Source: a virus
Lineage: Duplodnaviria > Caudoviricetes
Length of the DNA: 64,000 nt
Strand: one strand, 5' to 3'
IMG/VR virus record: IMGVR_UViG_3300032295_000548
Coordinates: 64,001-128,000 of that record
Part shown: piece by piece, positions 9,798 to 20,000 of the stretch
How positions within the stretch are numbered: position 1 is the stretch's first letter
Layout: the number at the start of each line of letters is the position of its first letter
The notes under the pieces: model-generated
What the model was told of the DNA's origin: nothing
Database searches by the model: none
What the model saw: the letters and a program-made list of their open reading frames with translations, nothing else
Made by a program: the position numbers and the translations under genes

Positions 9798-12068
9798 TTG
9801 GATTTCACATTAAGATCATTGGCTGTTGACGAATTAAAGCCTAAGGAACGCCCCACAGAGGACATTGCTGATGCACGCCATCGTAGTATGATGGAAGCAA
9901 TCGCACCTTATGCTAAAGCAACAGTACAAAAGAACTTAACTCCTGTATATGTTGATTACAAGACAAGAAACACTAAGTTGGTTCTTGTACTATGTCCTGA
10001 ATGGTCACCCTATATGCCTCCGTTTAGTCTTGCACGATTAAGCGGTGTTGCTAAAAGTGCAGGATATGAGACACACATCATAGACTTGAATGTTAAAGCG
10101 TATAACGCATTTAAGAAAGACTGGTGGCCTAAGCAAAGAATCCCATTCAGACTATGGGATCCTAGTAGTTCTTGGCATTGGATGGGTGATACTTACATGA
10201 ATGATATTCACCCATTGTTAGGCCCTGAGGTACTAAGCCCGGCAGTAGATAAAATCATTGAAATGAATCCTGATGTAGTAGGCTTTAGTGTTTACTATAT
10301 TAGCGAAGAACCTACTAAGTGGATGTGTCAAGAAATTAAGCGTAGAGCACCTCACATTAAGATTGCTGTAGGTGGACCTAACGTACACAAGAGTTGGTTC
10401 GCAACACATCCATATTATGACTATGTTGTAGTAGGAGAAGGTGAGCAGAACTTGCTTGTCATGCTTGACGAGATAGAAGAAAAGAAAGAAGTAGAATTCC
10501 CACGTTATCTTACACAGCCTGAAGATCAACGTATCAACATTAATGGTTTGCCGATGCCTGACTATGAATCAATTGATTTTAGTCAGTATGAATTGCCTAA
10601 CGGAGTTAATAGTGAAATCAGTAGAGGTTGCACTGCTAAGTGTACATTCTGTGAAGAAACACACTTCTGGAAGTATCGTCAACGTCAAAGCGTTGACCTT
10701 ATCACCGAAGTCGAGTGGTTGTACTACAATAAGGGAACGGATATTATCTGGTTCATTGACAGTCTTATCAATGGTAACCCTAAAGAACTACGAGCTTTTG
10801 CTCTGGCACTAAAAGAAAAAGACTTGAAAGTTAAGTGGACAGGATACGCACGTTGCGATGGTCGAATGGATTTAGAATATCTACAAGACTTAGCAGCCGG
10901 TGGTGCAATCATGTTTAACTTTGGTATTGAATCAGGTTCACAGAAAGTACTTGATGACATGGCTAAGGGTGTTACTATCAAGGAGATGGAACAGAACTTT
11001 ATTGACTGTAAGAAAGTAGGCATCTGGGCCGCAACTAACTGGATCGTTGGATTCCCCACAGAAGACTACCAAGATTATAGTGACACTATGACATTCTTCT
11101 GGCGTATGCGTAACAATAACATTAACAATGCAGGATTGGGTGTTGGTTATGGTATGGGGCCTGAGACTATTGTAGGACAGAATCCACATAAGTTTAACAT
11201 CAGTTGGCACAAATATCAGGGTCATTGGATACGTAACGACTTTACGTTCGGTGGCACACACTTGATGATTCGTGTTAAGACCTGGCACATGTTTGCTGAC
11301 TTCTTACGTGGAGTAACTGATGTACCCATCAGTTATCCTGTGCGTCATGCATTAGAGAAAGAACACTATAAGATCAAACTTAATCATACAAACATGGCAA
11401 GAGACATTGAGTATGAGAAGTTTGACTACAATATCATCAAGCCTAACATCAATCCATTTGCTGATGCACTTGTAAACGAGATGTGGCCTTTCTTACGTAT
11501 GCTATGGAAGTGTCGTGGTGGATACGAAGCAGAGATACATTACAACCCTGATATTGATTTGAAAGAGTTTGGTACACAGTTTGGACCTGGCATGTTTAAT
11601 GCTGTCTATAAGTTTAAGATTAGTGACAGTGGCAAGTGGGAAGCAGACTTTGATATGAAGTTTGAACAGATTGATAACCCATTTGATGATAGAGAGCGCC
11701 CACCGTTAGGACGTAAAGGTCCGTTCTATGCACAAGATTACTCACGTATGATGAGCAACACGGCACTACGAGCCCGCAAACTTGCAAAGCCTACATGGAG
11801 TGACGCTGAAGGTCGTGATGGTCAAGACTTTAGTGATTTGTTGGACGAAGAAGCAGAATTAAACAAGAATGTAGATTTCAGCTTTGACTATCATTACATT
11901 GGTTATGGTAATTGGGGTAACTACAAAGACTTTGAAGTTGCAGTGTCTGATACTTCACGTGAAGTAATTCCTGAGAAGGAAGCAATGTCAGCACTTGATT
12001 TTGCTAAACAATCACAACCTATAACTATTTCTGTTGATAGTATCAAACGCAAGAAAGACAACGCATGA
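9798..12068 (+). CDS. B12-binding radical SAM enzyme
   Basis: PPFSLARL, VVGFSVY, GGP, SRGCTAKCTFC, GIESGSQKVL, IVGFPTE; TTG start with AGGAG SD. Confidence 0.9.
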   Translation: MDFTLRSLAVDELKPKERPTEDIADARHRSMMEAIAPYAKATVQKNLTPVYVDYKTRNTKLVLVLCPEWSPYMPPFSLARLSGVAKSAGYETHIIDLNVKAYNAFKKDWWPKQRIPFRLWDPSSSWHWMGDTYMNDIHPLLGPEVLSPAVDKIIEMNPDVVGFSVYYISEEPTKWMCQEIKRRAPHIKIAVGGPNVHKSWFATHPYYDYVVVGEGEQNLLVMLDEIEEKKEVEFPRYLTQPEDQRININGLPMPDYESIDFSQYELPNGVNSEISRGCTAKCTFCEETHFWKYRQRQSVDLITEVEWLYYNKGTDIIWFIDSLINGNPKELRAFALALKEKDLKVKWTGYARCDGRMDLEYLQDLAAGGAIMFNFGIESGSQKVLDDMAKGVTIKEMEQNFIDCKKVGIWAATNWIVGFPTEDYQDYSDTMTFFWRMRNNNINNAGLGVGYGMGPETIVGQNPHKFNISWHKYQGHWIRNDFTFGGTHLMIRVKTWHMFADFLRGVTDVPISYPVRHALEKEHYKIKLNHTNMARDIEYEKFDYNIIKPNINPFADALVNEMWPFLRMLWKCRGGYEAEIHYNPDIDLKEFGTQFGPGMFNAVYKFKISDSGKWEADFDMKFEQIDNPFDDRERPPLGRKGPFYAQDYSRMMSNTALRARKLAKPTWSDAEGRDGQDFSDLLDEEAELNKNVDFSFDYHYIGYGNWGNYKDFEVAVSDTSREVIPEKEAMSALDFAKQSQPITISVDSIKRKKDNA

Positions 12069-12667
12069 AAGAAGTTCAGCAATTTGAAAGAATCATTGCT
12101 GACTATTACAATGCTCCATACGCTGTTGCTGTAGATTGCTGTACGCATGGTATAGAGTTAGCATTACGCTATACTAAGTTTGATAATGTAACATGCCCAT
12201 CTAACACATATCTAAGCGTTCCTATGACGTTTGAGAAACTAAACTTAGATTGGAGTTTCAATCAACAATATTGGAGTGACTATTATTACATAGGCAACAC
12301 AAATATCATTGATGCCGCAGTGTATTGGAAGAAGAACGGGTACATACCCAACACGTTTATGTGCCTTAGCTTTCAATATCGCAAACATTTGAATGTTGGT
12401 CGTGGTGGTATGATTCTAGTAGAACATGACTATGAATATGTTGCACTAAAGAAAATGAGTTATGATGGTCGTGTACCTGATACTCTCTGGGCCGAACAAG
12501 ACATAGATATGTTGGGATACCATTACTATATGACCCCAGAGACAGCAGCCTTAGGTATGATTAGATTCAATGACGTAAAGGATACTGATCCAAAACAATG
12601 GTCATATAAAGACTACCCTGACATAAGCAAGATGAAGGTTTTCAATGAACAAAATTCAAGTAAGTAA
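12065..12667 (+). CDS. Short DegT/DnrJ/EryC1/StrS-family PLP aminotransferase
   Basis: AVAVDCCTHG, IDAA, SFQYRKHL..GRGG with the PLP lysine; only 200 aa. Confidence 0.8.
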   Translation: MKEVQQFERIIADYYNAPYAVAVDCCTHGIELALRYTKFDNVTCPSNTYLSVPMTFEKLNLDWSFNQQYWSDYYYIGNTNIIDAAVYWKKNGYIPNTFMCLSFQYRKHLNVGRGGMILVEHDYEYVALKKMSYDGRVPDTLWAEQDIDMLGYHYYMTPETAALGMIRFNDVKDTDPKQWSYKDYPDISKMKVFNEQNSSK

Positions 12668-13622
12668 GAATGAGTGGGATCCGCTAAAGAAAGTAATCGT
12701 AGGTCTAGCAGACTTTGCACGTATTCCTAATATGGATAAAAGTTTACGTACAGTAAACTATAGTCACGTTAAAGATGATAAAGACTTGCCGTCTGGTGGC
12801 TTATATCCAGTGCAAGTTATACAAGAAGCGAATGAAGATTTAGATAGATTATCAGAAGAACTAACCAAACTAGGAGTTGAAGTTGTTCGTCCAATGAATC
12901 GCCCCACTGATTACTATAACTATTGTCCTAGAGATTTAGCAACAATCATTGATACAAAGGCAATCGTTGCTCCTATGAGTTTGCAGTCACGTAAAGATGA
13001 TTACAAAAACATTGAGAGTGAATTAAAGAATATCTATTATGTCCCAAACGATCAAGGTGATAGTAACTATAACTTAGGTAGTATCGGTGACAAAGACACA
13101 TTAGCATTGCACGAAATTTATCCAAAGTTTGATGCGGCTAATTTGATTCGTGCTAACGATGACATACTTTATCTTGTTAGTAACTCCGGTAATCGTAAAG
13201 GAGCATATTACTTACAAGAGTTATTAGGTAGTAAGTACAGAGTACATCTATTAGAAGGTGTGTATAGTTACATGCACATTGATAGCACTGTTGCGTTCTT
13301 GCGTGAGGGCCTGATGCTATTGAACCCTGCTAGAATTCCTGATAAAAGCATACTACCTGCTCCCTTTAATACATGGGACGCAATCTATGCCCCCGAGCCA
13401 GTCGATATCGGTCACTTTCATGGCTTCAACAATGCTAGCCCTTGGGTTAGTGTCAATCTACTGTCTATCAATCCTAACTTGGTTGTATTAGAAGAACGGC
13501 AAACTAACCTAGCAAAAGAATTAAATAAGTACGGAATAGAATCATTGATGTTACCAATGAGACATGCTAGAACATTGGGCGGGTGCTTTCACTGTGTAAC
13601 ATTGGATTTGGTTAGAGGATAA
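12645..13622 (+). CDS. Amidinotransferase (glycine / inosamine-phosphate amidinotransferase family)
   Basis: NEWDPLKKVIVG, CPRD, DAAN, HID and C-terminal GGCFHC catalytic Cys. Confidence 0.9.
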   Translation: MNKIQVSKNEWDPLKKVIVGLADFARIPNMDKSLRTVNYSHVKDDKDLPSGGLYPVQVIQEANEDLDRLSEELTKLGVEVVRPMNRPTDYYNYCPRDLATIIDTKAIVAPMSLQSRKDDYKNIESELKNIYYVPNDQGDSNYNLGSIGDKDTLALHEIYPKFDAANLIRANDDILYLVSNSGNRKGAYYLQELLGSKYRVHLLEGVYSYMHIDSTVAFLREGLMLLNPARIPDKSILPAPFNTWDAIYAPEPVDIGHFHGFNNASPWVSVNLLSINPNLVVLEERQTNLAKELNKYGIESLMLPMRHARTLGGCFHCVTLDLVRG

Positions 13623-13624
13623 GA

Positions 13625-15400
13625 ATGAAACAAAAATGGACTAGGGGCCACATCAGTAGATTTTGGAATATAGATGATGTAAAGAAATTAGATTACGTCA
13701 GACAACCTATCATGGATTCTGAAATTGAAGAATGGAAAACTAAAGGCTATGACTATGTAAAAAGTTTTTCAGGGTCTATGTACGACAGTCGTAATCCTAT
13801 GCCGGAGTGGGTAAAAAGGTTTGACAACATATTTGACTTTAAAAATATGACGTATAATTTTTACAAGATGAGCCAACTAGAAATTATGCCAACTCACGTA
13901 GATCACTTTCAAACCTACATGAGGTTATTCAATGTCGAATATGAAAATGCAGTACGAATTCTTGTTATGTTGGAAGACTGGAAGCCTGGACATTATTTAG
14001 AAGTAGATGGTGTAGGCATTGTCAATTGGGTAGCAGGTGATTACTTCATGTGGGACAGCGATGTTCCACATGCCGCTAGTAACATTGGCACAGAAGATAG
14101 ATACACATTACAGATTACAGGTACAAAGATTACCTTTAATGATATTTCTAGTTTACATTGGTACAACATTCCTGATTTAAAAACTAAAAAAGAATCATTG
14201 GATGCACCCATAATGGCTAATATGTATAAGGCCATGAAAAAAACTACTCCCTATTACGTCTATATGTACAACAGGGAAATCACAGAACTAGAAAACATCA
14301 AGCATGATCCTGAAACTGTAAAAAAGTTAAATGAAACAGGAGTCGAGATTTATCTATATGAGCCATTGTGTTCTTATAGATCAACCGATACTCAACAGTA
14401 TCCTCCTCATGGTACAGTTCATTCATTGTTATTTTATAGCGAGTTTCACTATGACCAAGTCCAACGCAAATTTGATTTACGAGCGGTTGAACTAGACAGT
14501 ATTGAGAAATACATCGATAACAACGGGTTGAAGAACGTTACTGTAAAGTCATGTGATTATAATATTCAAAAATTCTACCTATATTATAGAGCAAAAATGC
14601 GTTTGGAAGCAGATGATTTGTTTGTCAAGTTTTTTGACATTAATGAATTTGAACAACTAGACGACAACAAAACCGGAGACTTTACTAAAAAGTTCATCAA
14701 CATGAATTGGCGATATGCCCCGCATCGTCAATTAGTGTCAGCTTATTTGGCTAACTATGAAGTAGATTCGTATCTAACTTGGTACTTTAAATCCGACATG
14801 AGTGTAGTTAGTGTAGAGCCATGGTATAGTATACATCATTGGTTGCAGAAGAATCCAAATGCATTTCAGAAGATGATTACCGGGTTTAATAAATTGAATT
14901 CTAAGTCACCTTGGAACATCGATTTGAAAGTCAAAGAACATACATTGATATCTCATAGCTACTTCAAAAAAATGTTTCCTGTAGGTATGATATTCGATCA
15001 CAAACTTCAAAACTTTGGTGATAACAAAGACCGATTGAAAACAGCATATGCTGATATTTTTGTTGATATTGTGAACGAATCTAGGTTTGCACAACCTACA
15101 GCAAACTACAGTGAAAAAGTTTATAGACCTATGTTCTATAAAAAACCATTTGTATTAGTGGCTCCCCCGCATACGTTGCACTATCTCAAAGAACAAGGGT
15201 TCGAAACATTTGGTGATTTTTGGGATGAATCATATGATGCACTGGAAGATCATGAATCCAGACTCTTTGCTATATTTGATATCATAGATCATATCAACAA
15301 CATGTCAATAGGTGATCTAAAGATTATCTACAATAAAATGTTGCCCATTTTAGAACACAATAAAAAGATTTTGTTAGAAAAATGTCCTAGTAGGTACTGA
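13625..15400 (+). CDS. Fusion: cupin/2OG-Fe(II) oxygenase-like domain + GT-like domain
   Basis: PTHVD...PHAASNIG..RYTLQIT; C-terminal NES..SEKVYRP..KPF..DESYD. Confidence 0.65.
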   Translation: MKQKWTRGHISRFWNIDDVKKLDYVRQPIMDSEIEEWKTKGYDYVKSFSGSMYDSRNPMPEWVKRFDNIFDFKNMTYNFYKMSQLEIMPTHVDHFQTYMRLFNVEYENAVRILVMLEDWKPGHYLEVDGVGIVNWVAGDYFMWDSDVPHAASNIGTEDRYTLQITGTKITFNDISSLHWYNIPDLKTKKESLDAPIMANMYKAMKKTTPYYVYMYNREITELENIKHDPETVKKLNETGVEIYLYEPLCSYRSTDTQQYPPHGTVHSLLFYSEFHYDQVQRKFDLRAVELDSIEKYIDNNGLKNVTVKSCDYNIQKFYLYYRAKMRLEADDLFVKFFDINEFEQLDDNKTGDFTKKFINMNWRYAPHRQLVSAYLANYEVDSYLTWYFKSDMSVVSVEPWYSIHHWLQKNPNAFQKMITGFNKLNSKSPWNIDLKVKEHTLISHSYFKKMFPVGMIFDHKLQNFGDNKDRLKTAYADIFVDIVNESRFAQPTANYSEKVYRPMFYKKPFVLVAPPHTLHYLKEQGFETFGDFWDESYDALEDHESRLFAIFDIIDHINNMSIGDLKIIYNKMLPILEHNKKILLEKCPSRY

Positions 15401-15402
15401 GT

Positions 15403-15410
15403 TATAAATA
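15403..15410 (+). promoter_or_regulatory. T4-type late promoter TATAAATA
   Basis: Exact T4 late consensus. TAAATA cores also lie intergenically at 6570, 28051, 34124, 39749, 40777, 42862, 44423, 46521 and 63209. Confidence 0.65.
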
Positions 15411-15432
15411 CTTAGGATTTAAAGGGCAAACT

Positions 15433-15531
15433 ATGTTTATTATCAGATTTTTCAAAAACTTAATCAAAGAATACAAATACCGCAAGCGCATCAAAGAACT
15501 ACGTAAACGTGATCCATTTATCTATAAGTGA
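15433..15531 (+). CDS. 32-aa basic peptide MFIIRFFKNLIKEYKYRKRIKELRKRDPFIYK (not in ORF track)
   Basis: Follows the late promoter and an AAGGG SD; fills the gap up to the carbamoyltransferase start. Confidence 0.7.
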   Translation: MFIIRFFKNLIKEYKYRKRIKELRKRDPFIYK

Positions 15532-15533
15532 TT

Positions 15534-17012
15534 ATGAACTACGTAGGAATCAGTAACGGCTTCCACGATGCCGGCATCTCTGTCGTTGGTCCCAATGGTG
15601 ATATCTTATTTGCAGGTCACAGCGAACGTTATAGCAAGCACAAACATGATAAAGACTTGTGCTTGTCCTTAGCACAGGATGCAAAAGCAAATATACAGGG
15701 TGAATCTGAGATTCACTACTACGAACGCCCTTTAGTAACAGCATTACGTCAGTTACGTGCGGCGCAACCTGTTAAGTTTGAAACAGCAAAATCACGCATT
15801 GGTAAAGAAATACTAAAAGAGTTTAATAATCCTAAGGTCGTTACTCATGAGCATCACTTGAGCCATGCGGCAGCAGGATTTCAAACAAGCCCATATGACG
15901 AAGCTACTGTCGTAATCATTGATGCGATTGGTGAGTTTGATTGTATCAGTATTTGGAATGCTTGGTATGACAACAAAGGTTATGCACAATACAAAAAGTT
16001 ATGGTCTAAAAAATACCCACACAGCATTGGTTTATATTACAGTGCAATGACTCAACATGTGGGCCTAAAGCCATTGGACGAAGAATATATTCTAATGGGT
16101 ATGGCTGCATATGGACAACCCATATACTTCAACAAGATTGAAGGGCAACTGTTAGAAAGTTCTACTAACTTAGAGTTCAAAGAGAACCTACATATTGGTG
16201 TACCTGAAGGATTCTTAGAAGGTGCTAACGAAATGGACGTTGCCGCAAGCGCACAAGCACTTGTAGAATACCTTATCAACACCGTTATGGGCAAGGCTCG
16301 TATGTTAGGTAAGAGTCGTAATTTAGTATATGGTGGTGGTGTAGCATTGAATTGTCTTGCTAATAGAAACTTAGGAGACTATTTCAGTGAGATGTGGATT
16401 GTTCCTAACCCCGGTGATTGCGGATCAAGCTTAGGTGCAGCCGCATTGGGTTACGGTAAGAAATTAAACTGGGTCGATGCTTTCTTAGGACACAACATTC
16501 CAGGCAATTATCCCAGTAATCGTATCATTGACGAACTAGTTAAGACTAAAATAGTAGGTGTAGCCTCAGGTCGTGCAGAGTTCGGTCCACGTGCATTGGG
16601 TAATAGGTCATTGCTTGCAGACCCCAGAGGTGATACAATAAAGGATACTGTAAATGAAATTAAACGCAGACAAAAATTCAGACCATTTGCGCCCATTATT
16701 TTGGAGGAGTATGTTCATGATTATTTTGATATGCCTCGTAACTGGCGTGATAGTAGGTATATGCAAGTCATCGCTACTTGCCGGCATCCTGACTTATTTC
16801 CTGCTATCGTTCACGCTGACGGCACTAGTCGGGTACAGACTGTTCCAAAAGATGGAAGTGGAGTCAGAGAACTCCTAGAAAAGTGGTATGTCTTGACTGG
16901 ATGTCCTATACTGTTAAACACCTCGCTTAATATCAGAGGCGAGCCAATGGTAAATGATAGGTCTGATGCTGATAGATTTGAAACCCTGTACAATGTTAAA
17001 GTGATATCGTAA
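15534..17012 (+). CDS. O-carbamoyltransferase (NodU/CmcH/TobZ family)
   Basis: HDAG, ERYS..KH, HHLSHAA, DAIGE, GGVALNC, EFGPRALGNRS, FRPFAP, LLNTSLN. Confidence 0.95.
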   Translation: MNYVGISNGFHDAGISVVGPNGDILFAGHSERYSKHKHDKDLCLSLAQDAKANIQGESEIHYYERPLVTALRQLRAAQPVKFETAKSRIGKEILKEFNNPKVVTHEHHLSHAAAGFQTSPYDEATVVIIDAIGEFDCISIWNAWYDNKGYAQYKKLWSKKYPHSIGLYYSAMTQHVGLKPLDEEYILMGMAAYGQPIYFNKIEGQLLESSTNLEFKENLHIGVPEGFLEGANEMDVAASAQALVEYLINTVMGKARMLGKSRNLVYGGGVALNCLANRNLGDYFSEMWIVPNPGDCGSSLGAAALGYGKKLNWVDAFLGHNIPGNYPSNRIIDELVKTKIVGVASGRAEFGPRALGNRSLLADPRGDTIKDTVNEIKRRQKFRPFAPIILEEYVHDYFDMPRNWRDSRYMQVIATCRHPDLFPAIVHADGTSRVQTVPKDGSGVRELLEKWYVLTGCPILLNTSLNIRGEPMVNDRSDADRFETLYNVKVIS

Positions 17013-20000
17013 ATGCTAAGAGATGTTTTTTATTTCGGAAATAAACCTAATGTTCACCCAAGAGAGCAACATGCAACAAGTTTAACAGACGCTAGAAGAA
17101 AAGCGTCAACAGAACATTTTTGGATTATTAACGAGTTCTGCGACTATACTAATTTTGATTGGGATTTTGATTTTGAATTCCTACCAGACGCAGACGTATG
17201 GGCAGAAGAACACAACAACGTATGGCCTAGCTATCATCAAAAGGATAGCGGTACATGGCTATGTCCAAAGAAACTAAGTGACGTTATTGTTTATCGTGCA
17301 GATGTTGATTCACTGAAACGAAAGAATAGCATCAATGACAACTGGAAGTTGTTAGATAATATTGATGTTACTAAGTGGGACTTTAGTTGGCATCCTGATC
17401 CAAGTGACCCTCCCTACATTTATAAGTGGGGTTCAAAGTATGCACCTGTTGAATTAAAATCGTGCATTGAATATCATGCTCCGGACGCTACTCAAATAAA
17501 ATACATGAACACTACAGTAGAATTGCTTCCTAATTGGGATTGCATTGTAGAGGTTCAGAAAGTAAATTACAATCATTGGGATATGAGTTGGAGACCAGAC
17601 CCACTCGATCCTCCCTTCATTTACGTATGGGGTAACAAATACATTGATGGACGTTTACGTTCAACACTAGAGTATCATGTGCCTGGAGCTACTGAAAAGA
17701 AATACATGAATGAGTTAGTACCTGTACTTCCTGAATGGGATCGTTGGGTACTAATACATGACATTGACAAAACATCATTTGACTTCTCTTGGAGACCAGA
17801 TCCAAGAGAGCCTGATTTTATATATGTGTTTGGTAATGAACAATATGAAGGTGGTGTAATGCCTACGATTGAATATCGTATGCCTGATGCTACTGAGAGA
17901 AAATATCTTCATGATATGAAGGCTAGACTTTCTCCTCATCCTGAAAAATTCGAACACTTAGAGAAAGCAGATAATATTGATTACAGTTGGGTTCCAGACC
18001 CAACTGCACCTCCTTATATCTATGTTTGGGGCAATCAATGGAACAAGCCAGAAGATAAGATTAGTATTCAATACGTAGTTGAAGGTGCAACAGAATACAA
18101 ATACATGGAAGAACGTTCAAAACGTAAACCATGCATGGATAATTGGGAAGTACCTGATGATGTTGATACTACTGGATTTGATTTTTCTTGGGAACCTAGT
18201 CCTGCTGATCCTGCATACATCTATGAGTTTGGTACTCAGTGGCAAAAGACAGGTGGACCTCGTTATGTAGTAGAAGGTGCCACAGAAATCAAATATGTAA
18301 GTACAATGAAAGTAACTAAGTTAGCAGACAAATCTAAGTTTGCTATCTTAGGCAATTTAAAAATTGCTAACTTTGATTATTCATGGCATCCTGACAGCAC
18401 AGAAGAACCATACATTTATGTCTTTGGTAATAACTTCTATCCGGGCGAAATTATGCCCACAATTGAATATGCAATGTCAGGCGCTACTAAAATCAAATAT
18501 GTAGAAAACGCAGTTGCAACATTAGGTATTGATAAAATTAATTGGGAAGTACCCAACAATGTTGATGCGTCATCGGTAGATTTTAGTTGGAAGCCTAATC
18601 CTAAAGACCCTCCCTACATCTATCAGTATGGTACACAACATCAAAAATCAGGAGGACCTCGTTACGTAGTTCCTGAGGCAACTGAAGTAAAGTATGTTGA
18701 TGTAAAAGCTAAAGCACTGCCACAACAAGACAAATTTACAGTGTTAGATGGTATCGTAGTTGACGAGTTTGATTACTCATGGCATCCAGATGATACCGAA
18801 GAAGCGTACATCTATCAATTCGGAAATAATCAGTATCCTGCTGAAATTATGCCCACTGTTGAGTATGCAATGCCTGGTGCTACTCAGATCAAATATGTAC
18901 ACGAAGTAGTAGCCAAGCTTGGTGTTGATATGACTAACTGGACAACACCTGATAACATTGATGCTACTGGTTTTGATTATAGTTGGAAGCCAAATCCCAA
19001 AGACCCCGCTTATATCTATGAGTTTGGTACTCAATGGCAAAAGACAGGTGGACCTCGTTACTTAGTAGAGGGCGCTGATGAAGTTAAGTATGTAACTACT
19101 CAAAGTGTTAAGGTTTTACCTACAACAGACAACTGGACTATTCCTACTAATTGCGATGTAACTGGCTTTGACTTTAGCTGGCATCCAGATGCAACTAGCC
19201 CACCGTATATCTATCACTTTGCTACTCAATGGGCATTGACAGGTGGACCTGTATATACAATGGATGGTGCTACTGAAATCAAGTACGTAGAACATCCAAG
19301 TGCAGTTGCACTTCCTAATCGTGATAACTGGGAAATACCCAAACACATAGATAGTGATGCGTTTGACTTCTCATGGCATCCATACGTAGAAGATCAACCT
19401 TACGTTTATATCTTTGGCACACAACATCAAAAGACAGGTGGACCTAAGTACATAACACCCGGTGTAATACCTACAAGCCCAGTCAAATATATTGACACAC
19501 GTATCATACGTGCGATACGTAAACCTAGCAAGAAAAACTTTGCAGTATTAAACAATTACAAAATTAAAGATTTTGATTGGTCATGGCATCCAGACGAAAC
19601 CGACGAGCCATACATCTATGTGTTTGGTAATACTCAGTATCCTGCTGAAATCATGCCGACTATTGAGTACGTAGTTCCTGGAGCAACACAGATTAAGTAT
19701 GTGACTGATGTTGTAGCAACATTAGACATTGACATGGCAAATTGGGAAGTTTCTAACAATACAGATGTAAGTAGTTTTGACTTTAGTTGGAAACCTAACC
19801 CTAAAGACCCACCTTTCATATATCAATTTGGTACTCAACATCAAAAGACAGGTGGACCTCGTTACGTAGTGGCTGATGCAGATGAAGTAAAGTATGTGAC
19901 TACTCAACAAGCAGTAGCACTACCTACTACTGAAAATTGGACTGTGCCCAATTATGTAGACACATCAGGATTCGATTTTAGTTGGCATCCAGATGACACA

